A stretch of 12,139 nucleotides of DNA from Limisphaerales bacterium (GCA_965657355.1 CBFHOE010000005.1:250060-262198), one strand, 5' to 3'; counted from the first letter of the stretch, positions 1-9,552 are shown. The notes: a model not told the origin generated them from the letters alone. Numbers and translations are program-made.

Positions 1-1977
1 GAACGCAATAATCTCACGCGCGGCGTCTCGGAAAGGCTTTCCTACCTAGCGAATGATCCAGATGTGTCGGTAAGGACGGCAGTAGCGACCGCCTTAAGAC
101 AATTTATGTCTGGCTCTTTGACTGTGAATACACCGCCTCGAAAAGAAGTAGACCATAAATTGCTTGGCCCGATTTTTGAGAACTTACTGATTTCATCCAA
201 GGAAACGAGTGATCATACTTTGAAGTTTTTAAGCTGGATGGCTACTGAGCCGCTTGTAAGTTCTCAGCCCTCAGATTCCCTGGATTGGTTTTTGAAGAAT
301 GGGGAAAAAGCATGGCCTCTTTCAGGAGATTTGCTGAAAAAGTCCATGCGGCGTTTGTGCGATACGCGAGATGCAGAGGCATTAGACATAGCAGTTCGGT
401 TTTTAGATAAATTTCCAAATACAGAGAGCCCATTGCTAGAAGCGGCCATGCAAGGACTGATTCAAGGGCAGAAGTCTCGGTCATTACTTCCCTCCATACC
501 AACCGAGAAAATAATTAACAGATTGACTTTATCGAAAAATGCATCTGTAAAATCCAGGGCAAATGAATTGGGAACCTTATGGGGAAATGTTTCAGCTTTA
601 GATTCTATTCTGAGAAAAATTAACGATGGGGATTCAACAGATAAAGATAGAATTAAAGCTATTGAAGTCGCAAGAATTCTGAAGGATGAAAAGGCGAGAG
701 ATGCCTTACTTAGCTTGGTTAACCCAAACACATCAGAAGTCATATTACTTCAGGCTGTCCAAGCATTAGGAGAACTGGGTGGTAATGAAATATCATCTCA
801 TTTGATCAAAAGATGGAACGAATTTACACCTCAGGTAAGAAGTGCCATCGCGCAAATGATGACTACCAGATGGGCGTGGAGCATCGACTTTGTGGATGCC
901 ATCCAAGCGAAAAAAGTTATTGCTAGTGAGTTGCCCACTACTGTTATTCGGACATTATTCAATCATAATAATAAATGGTTCAGGGACAGGGCTCGTAAGG
1001 CTATAGGATCATTTAACGCAATCGGCGAAGATAGGCTTAAGATCTTTAATGAAAAGAGAGAAATTGTTGTTAATGGGGCGGTGGATCTTGAGAAAGGTAA
1101 ATTGGCTGCGGAAAAAAGTTGCCTCGTTTGTCATAAATTGTATGGAAATGGGTATGATGTGGGGCCAGATCTTACTGGTGTTGGAAGGTCGTCATTAGAT
1201 GCCCTTTTGTCCAATGTCATTATTCCAAATCAAATTATTGGAAATGGATATGAACTTGTCATTGTAGAAACAAAGGACTTCAGAACTGTTAGCGGGCGAT
1301 TGATAGAAGATACTCCAAACCAAGTGACACTTGTCAATGCGGGCGGAGCGAAAAGCACGATCGAGAGGGACAATATCGAGTCTTTGACAAAAACAAAGCA
1401 ATCAGTGATGCCTGAAGGACTGGAGCTTATGCCTGACGAAGAGTTTAGAAACCTTATTTGGTATATCTTGTCTCCGCACGAGGAGGGAGAATTAACCAAC
1501 GAAAAAAGAAAGGCACTCATTGGAAACTCCCCGGCTGAACCCCGGGTAGACCATGAATCGGTCTCATTGTGGAATCCAGATTGGAGGGTCGTTGCTCCCG
1601 AATTTGAAGGCTCACCTGTTAAAATTCCAAATCATATGGGAGCTAAGAATGTTCTGATGCTCCACCCATTTGACGAAGACAAGCCTGCTGGTATAGAGAG
1701 AACTTTAAGATTACCAGAGAAGAAGCAATCCTATCTTAGTGTCGAGGTCGCTTCCCACAAAGAAGGTAATTTTGAGCTCCAAATCATTGTTAATGGGCAA
1801 CCGCAATTAAAGAAAATTATCTCAAGGAAAAATGAGGACGGGTGGCAGGAAATAACTTTTGATTTAACAGATTTCTCAGGGCAAGAGGTTACCATTTTTT
1901 GTGGTAATTTTGCTAATGATTGGCATTACGAATTTTCATATTGGAAATCAGTTTCCATTACCTCTGAAGAAATCTGA
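1..1977 (+). CDS. PVC-type heme-binding CxxCH protein (HEAT-like repeats, TIGR02603-like cytochrome c domain, C-terminal beta-sandwich); 5'-truncated
   Basis: Frame 1 is open from base 1 (ERNNLTRGVSERLSYLANDPDVSVRTAVATAL), so the listed start at 64 is internal. HEAT-like helices are followed by GKLAAEKS-CLVCH (1120-1134)-KLYGNGYDVGPDLTGVG, then SGRLIEDT and SVMPEGL...FRNLIWYI, the typical Pirellula/Verrucomicrobium heme-domain pattern. Stop TGA at 1975-1977. Confidence 0.88.
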   Translation, partial: ERNNLTRGVSERLSYLANDPDVSVRTAVATALRQFMSGSLTVNTPPRKEVDHKLLGPIFENLLISSKETSDHTLKFLSWMATEPLVSSQPSDSLDWFLKNGEKAWPLSGDLLKKSMRRLCDTRDAEALDIAVRFLDKFPNTESPLLEAAMQGLIQGQKSRSLLPSIPTEKIINRLTLSKNASVKSRANELGTLWGNVSALDSILRKINDGDSTDKDRIKAIEVARILKDEKARDALLSLVNPNTSEVILLQAVQALGELGGNEISSHLIKRWNEFTPQVRSAIAQMMTTRWAWSIDFVDAIQAKKVIASELPTTVIRTLFNHNNKWFRDRARKAIGSFNAIGEDRLKIFNEKREIVVNGAVDLEKGKLAAEKSCLVCHKLYGNGYDVGPDLTGVGRSSLDALLSNVIIPNQIIGNGYELVIVETKDFRTVSGRLIEDTPNQVTLVNAGGAKSTIERDNIESLTKTKQSVMPEGLELMPDEEFRNLIWYILSPHEEGELTNEKRKALIGNSPAEPRVDHESVSLWNPDWRVVAPEFEGSPVKIPNHMGAKNVLMLHPFDEDKPAGIERTLRLPEKKQSYLSVEVASHKEGNFELQIIVNGQPQLKKIISRKNEDGWQEITFDLTDFSGQEVTIFCGNFANDWHYEFSYWKSVSITSEEI

Positions 1978-2163
1978 TAGAGAAACTCACCTGACATATC
2001 CGCTAATAAAGGCGGAATTCATGAGCACTGCAATGGGCTCGGATTACCGCCGAGAAAAAGTGAAATCAAGGGCTGGAATCCGTTGAAGGCTTAGTCTAAT
2101 ATAGCCCGCCTTGAAAGATTTGAGTTTTAGGAAATATCTCGTTTAGGGTGCCGATTTTCTCTG

Positions 2164-3477
2164 ATGCAAGCAATCTATAACATTTTTTTTACCTTTTTCA
2201 TGATCCTCATTTCACCATTCTACATGATGAAATTGTGGAAACGTGGAAATTGGCAAAAAGGGTTTAAGCAAAGATTTGGAAAGTATGACCATACGGTAAA
2301 GCAAGCGGTCACCAATTCACATGTAGTATGGGTTCATGGGGTGAGTGTTGGAGAAGCTAATATCTCAATTAATCTGGTAAATAAGCTAACGGCGATAAGA
2401 CCACTTTTAAAATTTGTTGTATCCACGACCACATCAACAGGCATGGGGCTACTCAAATCAAAGCTGCCTTCATTTGTATCAAAAATATATTATCCGATAG
2501 ACCGTAAAAAATATGTCGATCGTGCTTTGAGTGTTATTCGTCCTGAGGTTATCGTCTTGGTTGAAGCTGAAATTTGGCCAAATTTTTTATGGCGAGCGCA
2601 GAGAAGACGCATACCGGTAATGTTGATCAACGCGAGAATCTCAGATAAATCCTATTCACGATATAAACGGTTTAAATTTTTATTTGGTCCTTTATTTAAT
2701 CAACTCGTCATGGTTGGGGCGCAAAATGAAGGAGACAAAAATAAATTAATAGAGCTCGGGTGCAAGAAGAGTGCCGTTTATATTACGGGCCCGATTAAAT
2801 TTGATATTGCCCAACCCGTTTCTCAATCGCGCTTAGACATTGAAAAATTACTCTCCTACATAGGCGTTGATGTTGGGAAAACGCCAATTCTTTTAGGTGG
2901 CAGCACTCACCCAGGGGAAGAGAAAGTATTGGGGCGTATTTTTCTCAAACTTAAAAAACAATTCCCCAAATTATTTCTCATTCAGGTGCCTCGCCATTTT
3001 GAAAGGAGCGCTTCTGTAGGAAATGAAATGAAAGAATTGGGCATTAGCACATGCTTCAGGACTGAGCTTTCTGCCATGCGAAAACCACCGGAGGAACGCA
3101 CGACAGATTGCCTCATCGTGAATTCGACTGGTGAGCTTATTTATTTTTATAAGGCAGCGACAATTGTATTTATTGGCAAAAGCCTCTGTGGTCAGGGTGG
3201 TCAAAACCCCATTGAGCCAGCAAGCCTTGGACTACCTATTGTATTTGGGCCAAATATGCAAAATTTTACCGAAATTTCAAATTCTCTATTAGAAAGCGGC
3301 GGAGCAAAGCAAATCAAAGATGAGAATGATTTAGCCGATTCTCTAGAGCAATTGTTTTTGAGCCCGTCAAAAAGGAAGGCAATGGGGGCATGCGCATTTG
3401 AGATTACTAAAGAGAGGCAGGGAGCGCTTGGAAAAACATTAGATCTTATTGAGAAACATTTTCCAGAATTCGACTAA
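2164..3477 (+). CDS. waaA: 3-deoxy-D-manno-octulosonic acid (Kdo) transferase, GT30
   Basis: N-terminal membrane anchor, then motifs WVHGVSVGE, STTTSTG, YYPID, EAEIWPN, INARISDKS, IKFD, GSTHPGEE, VPRHFER, GGQNPIEPA and GPNMQNF. The 437-aa length fits WaaA/KdtA. Confidence 0.96.
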   Translation: MQAIYNIFFTFFMILISPFYMMKLWKRGNWQKGFKQRFGKYDHTVKQAVTNSHVVWVHGVSVGEANISINLVNKLTAIRPLLKFVVSTTTSTGMGLLKSKLPSFVSKIYYPIDRKKYVDRALSVIRPEVIVLVEAEIWPNFLWRAQRRRIPVMLINARISDKSYSRYKRFKFLFGPLFNQLVMVGAQNEGDKNKLIELGCKKSAVYITGPIKFDIAQPVSQSRLDIEKLLSYIGVDVGKTPILLGGSTHPGEEKVLGRIFLKLKKQFPKLFLIQVPRHFERSASVGNEMKELGISTCFRTELSAMRKPPEERTTDCLIVNSTGELIYFYKAATIVFIGKSLCGQGGQNPIEPASLGLPIVFGPNMQNFTEISNSLLESGGAKQIKDENDLADSLEQLFLSPSKRKAMGACAFEITKERQGALGKTLDLIEKHFPEFD

Positions 3478-3618
3478 AGCTGGTAGGAGATGAAAAGTTG
3501 CGTTTGTGCCACAATTTAGTGATGATGAAGTGGGAGAGGTTATTGGTGATTAGTATATACCCGGTAATCAAAATCCACGACAGAAAAGACAGCGACACGA
3601 ATGAGCTGAACACGCATT

Positions 3619-5376
3619 TTGAAGATGAAGCTTAATCCAAAATTTATTTCAAGCCACCTAACCAAATCCTTTGTTTTAGCAGCGGCTTTATTGTCCATGC
3701 ATCACAATGTTTTGTTTAGTCAACAGCTGGATATCACAAAGTTAGAGCCAGTCCAACCAGACCCAGGCTTAAAATTCCTGGTAGGATTGAGCTGGGCAAT
3801 GGAAGGGCCAAACAGTCCAAATTTCCACAAAGCTGTAAAAGTTTTAGAGGAGACAGCAAGTAGCAAAAGTGGGACAGCTCAATTGATCCTGGGTAAAATG
3901 CTCATCCAAAAGAGCGAATCACAATTTTTCTCAAAGGGAATTTCATGGCTGGAAAAGGCTTCATTGAATGGAGAAGCCGAGGCAGATTTATTACTCGCTC
4001 AAATTTATAGCAGCGGAGGACCAGGCATATTACCCGACAAAGAAAGAGCCCTCAAAAACTTGGAGAAGTCAGCTCAAAAAGGGCACCAAGAAGCAGCCTA
4101 CACCTTGGCCAGGGTCCTTGATGGCCCCAATGCGACAAGCGATGATATCCTAAATGCAATCAGGTGGTACGGGGTCGCCGCAAAGGCAGGAAAAGTATCC
4201 GCGCAACTCAGACTTGGATACCTATATCTGGCAGGTCTTAATATTAATAAGGACGAGGAGGAAGCAGCAAAATGGTATTCTCTGGCGGCTGAGGAAGGAA
4301 ATCTTGAAGCCACTTTTAACCTCGCTCAGATTTACGATTTTACAGAAACTGAAATCAGAGACCCCAACCGCGCAAAGGATTTATACAAGCAAGCTGCCGA
4401 TTCAGGACATACAAAGGCCAAGCTTTATTATGGACAAAAACTCCTTAAAGGAGAGTACAACAAAGAAGACTTTAAAGAAGCGCTCAAATATTTGACTGAT
4501 GCTGCAGGTGAAGGAAACGCTGATGCTGCATTCCAAAGTGGAATTATGAGTTTAGCTGTTTCTGGTAATACAGAGGAAGCTCAGCAGGCATTATCTTACT
4601 TGGAAATGGCCAACAAAAATGGGATTCCACAAGCGGCAATTGAATTAGGGAGAATATATTATTTTGGTCATTCTTCCCTTCTAAAACCTGCACCTGATAA
4701 AGCCATGGCGATATACACACAACTTGCATCGAGTGGCAACAAAGAGGCTCAAGCACTACTCGGTTACATCCACCAAAACGGTGACGCGACAGATAAAGAT
4801 ATCAACAAAGCTGCAAATTGGTATTTAAAGGCAGCTCAAGAGGGATCTTCTGAAGCTCAATATAATTTGGGAATGCTATACTTTGGGGGGCAAGGAATCC
4901 CACAAAACAAGAATGAGGCTCTTCGATGGCTAACTACAGCTGCGAAAAATGGTCACTCAGAGGCCGCTCTTAATATCGGGGTCTTGTACGAAAAATTGAA
5001 TGACCAAACAAAGGCGGCAGAGTGGTTGAGGAAAGCGGCAGAAAAAGGAGATCAAAATGCAGCTCTTTACCTCGGGATTCTCTTTGATGAATCTCTCAGG
5101 GAAGATACAGCTCTTAATGAAAGCTTGAAGTGGTTCAGGGCAGCTGCTAAGTCAGGAAATAAAGACGCCCAATATCTTCTCGGATATAGGTTGCTCGAAC
5201 GACCAAATCCAAGAGAAAATCTGGTTGAATCCTATCAGTGGTTTAAAGTTGCCAAAGGCAATGGACACCCAGAAGCAGGGAAAGCTTTGGTTCAACTAGA
5301 ATCGAAGTTGGTTGAGGATGAATTAATCCGGGCTACTACTATGGCCAACCAAATCTTGGATTCCATTAAAAATTAA
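3619..5376 (+). CDS. Sel1-like repeat protein (about 14 repeats), probably secreted
   Basis: Repeats of about 36 aa, e.g. AQYNLGMLYFGGQGIPQNKNEALRWLTTAAKNGH and AQLRLGYLYLAGLNINKDEEEAAKWYSLAAEEGN. Basic then hydrophobic N-terminus (SFVLAAALLS) and a C-terminal capping helix. The start may be ATG 3625 rather than TTG 3619. Confidence 0.92.
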   Translation: MKMKLNPKFISSHLTKSFVLAAALLSMHHNVLFSQQLDITKLEPVQPDPGLKFLVGLSWAMEGPNSPNFHKAVKVLEETASSKSGTAQLILGKMLIQKSESQFFSKGISWLEKASLNGEAEADLLLAQIYSSGGPGILPDKERALKNLEKSAQKGHQEAAYTLARVLDGPNATSDDILNAIRWYGVAAKAGKVSAQLRLGYLYLAGLNINKDEEEAAKWYSLAAEEGNLEATFNLAQIYDFTETEIRDPNRAKDLYKQAADSGHTKAKLYYGQKLLKGEYNKEDFKEALKYLTDAAGEGNADAAFQSGIMSLAVSGNTEEAQQALSYLEMANKNGIPQAAIELGRIYYFGHSSLLKPAPDKAMAIYTQLASSGNKEAQALLGYIHQNGDATDKDINKAANWYLKAAQEGSSEAQYNLGMLYFGGQGIPQNKNEALRWLTTAAKNGHSEAALNIGVLYEKLNDQTKAAEWLRKAAEKGDQNAALYLGILFDESLREDTALNESLKWFRAAAKSGNKDAQYLLGYRLLERPNPRENLVESYQWFKVAKGNGHPEAGKALVQLESKLVEDELIRATTMANQILDSIKN

Positions 5377-5449
5377 AGTTCCTGACCATGGAGCAGGCAA
5401 TGAATGAGACTGCCTCCCCTAAAATTGCAGAAGAGTTTGTCTTGCGCGA

Positions 5450-6889
5450 CTATCCCAGAGATTTATAGGCCGTAAGTGCGCGAGTCCTCGCGTTTTTCAG
5501 GTCAACAATGGGAAGAGGATAGTCTTTACCTAGTAAACACCCAATCTCGGATTGATGTGATTTTGATAATTCCCATGGCTTGTGAATAAACTTGCGAGGA
5601 AAGTTTTTCAACTCAGGCAGCCACTTTTTGATATAGATTCCATCAGGATCAAATTTTTCACCTTGAAGGACAGGGTTGAAGATTCTGAAATAGGGAGCGG
5701 CATCAGCACCACATCCGCTCACCCATTGCCAACCCAAAGAGTTACTTGCCAAGTCTGCATCAACAAGTGTATCCCAAAACCAGAGAGAACCTTTTTGCCA
5801 GGGGATGAGAAGTTGTTTAACCAGGAAAGAGGCAGCAATCATCCTGACCCGGTTGTGCATCCAACCGGTAGACCATAGTTCTTTCATACCCGCATCAACA
5901 ATTGGAAAGCCAGTCCGACCTTCTTGCCATGCCTCGAGGTGTTCTTGATTATTCTCCCAAGGAAAACTCGAAAATTGATTTTTCAATGGGTGTTGGGTTA
6001 TTTGGTTGAAGTGGTAAAGCTGATTATATGCAAACTCCCGCCAACCGATTTCAGAAATAAAGGTGGAATGGATCCAACTTTTATCGGGAAAGTGATTATT
6101 GAGAAAATGCCAGATTTGAATTGGGCTTATTTCTCCAAAATGAAGATGAGGGGATAGTCGCGAGGTACCTAACAAGCTTGGAATATCTCTTTTCGAATCG
6201 TAACTTTCTAAACCTGATGTGCAAAATGCATCAAACCTTTGCAGAGCGTGCGCTTCGCCGGGGTTCCAAGATGCGCTGATCCCAGTATCCCAAGAGATCC
6301 CAGGTAACAATTTCAAGTCTGAAACCTCAAAACCTTGCAACCTTTTTGGGCTATAATTTAGAGCCGATTTATTGATCGGTTTCGGATACTTTGGCTCATT
6401 GTTCTGCAGGTGAATCAAACATTGTTTCCAAAATGGGGTAAAAACTTTAAATGGATTGTTTGATTTATTGAGCACATCTTCCGGCTCAATAAGTAATGAG
6501 CCATTGAAGCTTTTTGCAATGAGCCCCTTCTCTCGCAGGTCTTTCTTTATAAGTTTATCACGTTCGATAATGTTTGGCTCATATTTCCTGTTCCAGTAAA
6601 CACCCGCAGCACCAGTTTCCTTAATTAGCTGTTGTAAGACATCATAGCTATTCCCAGATCTTATAATAATTCTGGAGCCAAATTCCCTGAGCCCTTTTGT
6701 TAAACTTAACAGCGAATGGTGCAACCACCACTTGGAAGCGGAACCGTATTTCCAATCGCCTTCAGAAGCTTGATCGTAGATAAAAACAGGAATCACTGGG
6801 TGTCCACTAGCTGTAGCATTGGACAGTCCAGTATTCCCTTGAATCCTTAAGTCATTCCTAAACCAGTAAATTAATGGGCTTTTTTCCAC
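5450..6889 (-). CDS. phrB: Deoxyribodipyrimidine (CPD) photolyase, likely class III
   Basis: Motifs WFRNDLR, FKVFTPFW, TSRLSPHLHFGEISP, IGWREF, WQEGRTGFPIVDAGM, GWMHNRVRM and DADLASNSLGWQWVSGCGADAAPYFRIFNP. The GTG start at 6889 is bounded by an in-frame TAA two codons upstream. Confidence 0.95.
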   Translation of the reverse strand: MEKSPLIYWFRNDLRIQGNTGLSNATASGHPVIPVFIYDQASEGDWKYGSASKWWLHHSLLSLTKGLREFGSRIIIRSGNSYDVLQQLIKETGAAGVYWNRKYEPNIIERDKLIKKDLREKGLIAKSFNGSLLIEPEDVLNKSNNPFKVFTPFWKQCLIHLQNNEPKYPKPINKSALNYSPKRLQGFEVSDLKLLPGISWDTGISASWNPGEAHALQRFDAFCTSGLESYDSKRDIPSLLGTSRLSPHLHFGEISPIQIWHFLNNHFPDKSWIHSTFISEIGWREFAYNQLYHFNQITQHPLKNQFSSFPWENNQEHLEAWQEGRTGFPIVDAGMKELWSTGWMHNRVRMIAASFLVKQLLIPWQKGSLWFWDTLVDADLASNSLGWQWVSGCGADAAPYFRIFNPVLQGEKFDPDGIYIKKWLPELKNFPRKFIHKPWELSKSHQSEIGCLLGKDYPLPIVDLKNARTRALTAYKSLG

Positions 6890-6979
6890 TAATTAAATAT
6901 GTAACTCCAAAGAAACAGTTGTCCAGGGTCACATCATGAAGTGGCTAGGGCGCAAATTGATAATTAATGGTCGTTAATT

Positions 6980-9541
6980 TTACTTTTTTAGCAGACCGCG
7001 AACGTCTTGAACACTCATACCTCCCGTGGGTAGGGCATAACCCAAATTATCACCATTTGGCTTAAACCCACCTCCGTCCACATCCACGAAGATAGGATTG
7101 TTGTAGGCACAAGGGCGATTGGATGCTTGTCCACTAGTTCCAAATCCACCTTTGAGATCAAAATTGGCCCCGTAAGCAACTACTATAATATGGCTATCTT
7201 GATCGAGCTTGATATCGAGTTTCTCATCAAACTTTACAACTCCATCACTAAACATTTGCGGCTGAGACTTTCTAGTAAAATTATACTCAGGATTCTGCCT
7301 CCCATTAATGAGAATCTGAACTCGATCAATATCGACCCAATCCGTGCATTGGACTCTCACATTGAGTTTCAGTGAATCTACTATTCTGGTGTATCCTCCG
7401 GCGACAACTCCATCATCCGTTTCAACCTCGAGGTATGGTCCAGTCGTTAGCATCATTTTACCTGACTTTGAATTACGGCTCATCTCATCCCACTTTATAC
7501 CTGATGGATTATCGGTAGAAGATTGGACATATGTCCTCCACCCGCCAACACCATTGCCATAAACGTGATGTGCGTCCGATACAGCTATCCCCCACATTCT
7601 GTGGCCTTGGTTCAAAAGTTGTAGCCATACAAATTCACGATTGATGCTGAAAGTCGCGCCTTGGGCTCTCTCGAAAGGCGTTGCTCCAGCGCCTTCGATA
7701 ATGCGGTACGGCGCTTCATCCAAAATATGGGAAGTGCGATAGTTTTGAGTTTCTATGGCATCGATGAGTTGCCCCAGACCTATAAAACCGCCATCTGTTC
7801 TTCCGTCGCCATCTCGATCCGTGAAATTCCAGATCATATCTGGGTGATTGATATGAATCCACCTGTCTTGCCGATATCCTCCGTGATTCTCCAAGGTTGC
7901 CGCCGTAATTCGAGGGTCTTTGTTCCAATGTGGTGCTCCTCCGTCCTGAAGGAATGGTTTTTCTTCTAGAGGAAAGCTATTGAAGTGAGTCCCTGACCCT
8001 GTCAATTCCATGCCGACAACAGTTTTAATTTCGGATTCGAGGCCCAGTCTTTTGATGTGTGGGTACCAATTATAAATTCTGTTATGTTCGGTGGTAGGAG
8101 CAAACTCAATATGCTCAGCGGCAATGTTTATGATTCTATCGTCCGTCCCACATGTATTATCTCCAGATGGAGTCGAATGATTATGGTAATCAGCACTGAC
8201 CCAGCCCGAAGTATCAATAACTCGCTTCAACTGCCCGCTTACCTTAGCTGATTTTCCCTCAGCAAGGGTGATCACCTTCTTGATGGAACTGTATTCAATT
8301 CCACGAACGACAGTCACTTCATATTTACCGGGGTTCAATGAAACAATGAATTGACCTTTTTCACTGTGGTATTGGTCGCGGCAACCGTGTGCTCGGTCAG
8401 TAGGACCTAGTGAAGGGTTAGGCGTGCCATCCAATCCTCTAAACATGACCTTGCAGGGGATTGATTCACCATTAACATCTTGAATGTCAAATACCACTCG
8501 ACTTGGAGAGCTCATTTTGAAACTAGATCGGGTGTCGTCATCCATAGTCATTTCGATATCTCCAATTGGATTGCGTCCAATGTCGGTGGCCTTTATCGCG
8601 TAAAGGCCCTTCTCTAACTTTGCTGAATAGTGCCCTTTTGCGTCAGGATAAACACGTATTGAATCTTCTCCCTTTTTTATTGTGACGATTGCCGAATCAA
8701 CTGGATCACCAGCAGGGCCGGTTATTTTTCCTGATAGAGTGATGACGTTGTGAATCCATTCCGAGACATGTCCTGCAGCCTGGGCTGGCGAATTTCCAAC
8801 AGCGACAAATCTTGCGTATCTAAATGACTCTTCCGGCTCCATGTCCATTTGGGAGGCATCAATTATTTTGCTGCCGTTCCATTCAACAGATGCATAGGCG
8901 TAGGCGCCTTTATCCGCTGGATCGATTGAGTCCGCCCATTTTATGCCGTTGAAAGTTCCTGTTGATCTGAACTTGGTCCATTCATCAGATAATTGGACTG
9001 TGACTTTTTTATCGGATCTATTTTTGTAGGTCGTTTCTATTAAAACTCCGCTCCAACCACTTTTAAGGACATAAAGATGCTTTTCATATATGCCGTTGTT
9101 GTTGGCGGGAGTGACAATGGTCTCAATTCCCACAAGGCTTGAGTCTTTCAACTCCGCAATTCTCACATAACTTACTTTCCCTCTTTGTCCCGTTGGTGCG
9201 AAAATAGTTAATTGGTCATTGTCGGAGCCCTTTATGGAAAGGTCATAGAGACACCCGGGCGTCCAGTTATCTTCTCCCCAAAAAGTCCCCATGTTGGCTT
9301 TTCTGAATGGGAGATTGCCGGATATGAGAGCGACGACTTTGTCATTTTGCATAACAAAATCACCAATGATGCCATCTGATTCTTTTCCTTTTGGGAGAAG
9401 TTCTTTATTTTCTGGGCCAATCTCGACAACCCAAGGTTTGGATTCATGATGATCTGCCGTCAGCTGGGGTGAAAATCCCATACCAAAGAGAAAAAGCACT
9501 AAGATAAATTTCATATGGCTTGGTAAGTTTTTAATTATCAT
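6980..9541 (-). CDS. Secreted CehA/McbA-like PHP-domain metallohydrolase with an N-terminal beta domain and carboxypeptidase-regulatory-like domains
   Basis: Signal peptide (MKFILVLFLFGMGFSPQLTA|DHH; alternative ATG at 9514). PHP metal motifs DYHNHS (HNH at 8177-8185), TEHN, GMELT..THFN, INHP, DAIE and SDAHH (7565-7579). Small beta-sandwich motifs LSGKITG..YPDAKGHY and LNPGKYEVTVVRGIEY. Confidence 0.85.
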   Translation of the reverse strand: MIIKNLPSHMKFILVLFLFGMGFSPQLTADHHESKPWVVEIGPENKELLPKGKESDGIIGDFVMQNDKVVALISGNLPFRKANMGTFWGEDNWTPGCLYDLSIKGSDNDQLTIFAPTGQRGKVSYVRIAELKDSSLVGIETIVTPANNNGIYEKHLYVLKSGWSGVLIETTYKNRSDKKVTVQLSDEWTKFRSTGTFNGIKWADSIDPADKGAYAYASVEWNGSKIIDASQMDMEPEESFRYARFVAVGNSPAQAAGHVSEWIHNVITLSGKITGPAGDPVDSAIVTIKKGEDSIRVYPDAKGHYSAKLEKGLYAIKATDIGRNPIGDIEMTMDDDTRSSFKMSSPSRVVFDIQDVNGESIPCKVMFRGLDGTPNPSLGPTDRAHGCRDQYHSEKGQFIVSLNPGKYEVTVVRGIEYSSIKKVITLAEGKSAKVSGQLKRVIDTSGWVSADYHNHSTPSGDNTCGTDDRIINIAAEHIEFAPTTEHNRIYNWYPHIKRLGLESEIKTVVGMELTGSGTHFNSFPLEEKPFLQDGGAPHWNKDPRITAATLENHGGYRQDRWIHINHPDMIWNFTDRDGDGRTDGGFIGLGQLIDAIETQNYRTSHILDEAPYRIIEGAGATPFERAQGATFSINREFVWLQLLNQGHRMWGIAVSDAHHVYGNGVGGWRTYVQSSTDNPSGIKWDEMSRNSKSGKMMLTTGPYLEVETDDGVVAGGYTRIVDSLKLNVRVQCTDWVDIDRVQILINGRQNPEYNFTRKSQPQMFSDGVVKFDEKLDIKLDQDSHIIVVAYGANFDLKGGFGTSGQASNRPCAYNNPIFVDVDGGGFKPNGDNLGYALPTGGMSVQDVRGLLKK

Positions 9542-9552
9542 AAGTTATAATT

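Noticed and set aside
2020..2062. GAGCACTGCAA...GGCTCGG resembling an SAH riboswitch core
   Set aside because: The 5' P1 strand, P2 stem and pseudoknot partner are not evident, and waaA is not an SAH-pathway gene.
1901..2086. 61-aa ORF overlapping the end of the CxxCH gene
   Set aside because: It overlaps a well-supported gene out of frame and has no recognisable motif.
2120..2149. Possible sigma70 promoter TTGAGT-N18-TAGGGT before waaA
   Set aside because: The match is weak and indistinguishable from chance in AT-rich DNA without TSS data.
3490..3519. Mini-ORF MKSCVCATI after AGGAG
   Set aside because: The SD-like sequence directly abuts the ATG with no spacer, and it is only 9 codons.
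5390..5417. Hairpin AGGCA-N11-TGCCT between the convergent genes as a terminator
   Set aside because: Short stem, large loop and no adjacent U-tract on either strand.
6980..9541. Literal carbaryl hydrolase (cehA/mcbA) function
   Set aside because: The family name comes from a few pesticide hydrolases. The motifs only support a PHP-type metal site and do not indicate the substrate.
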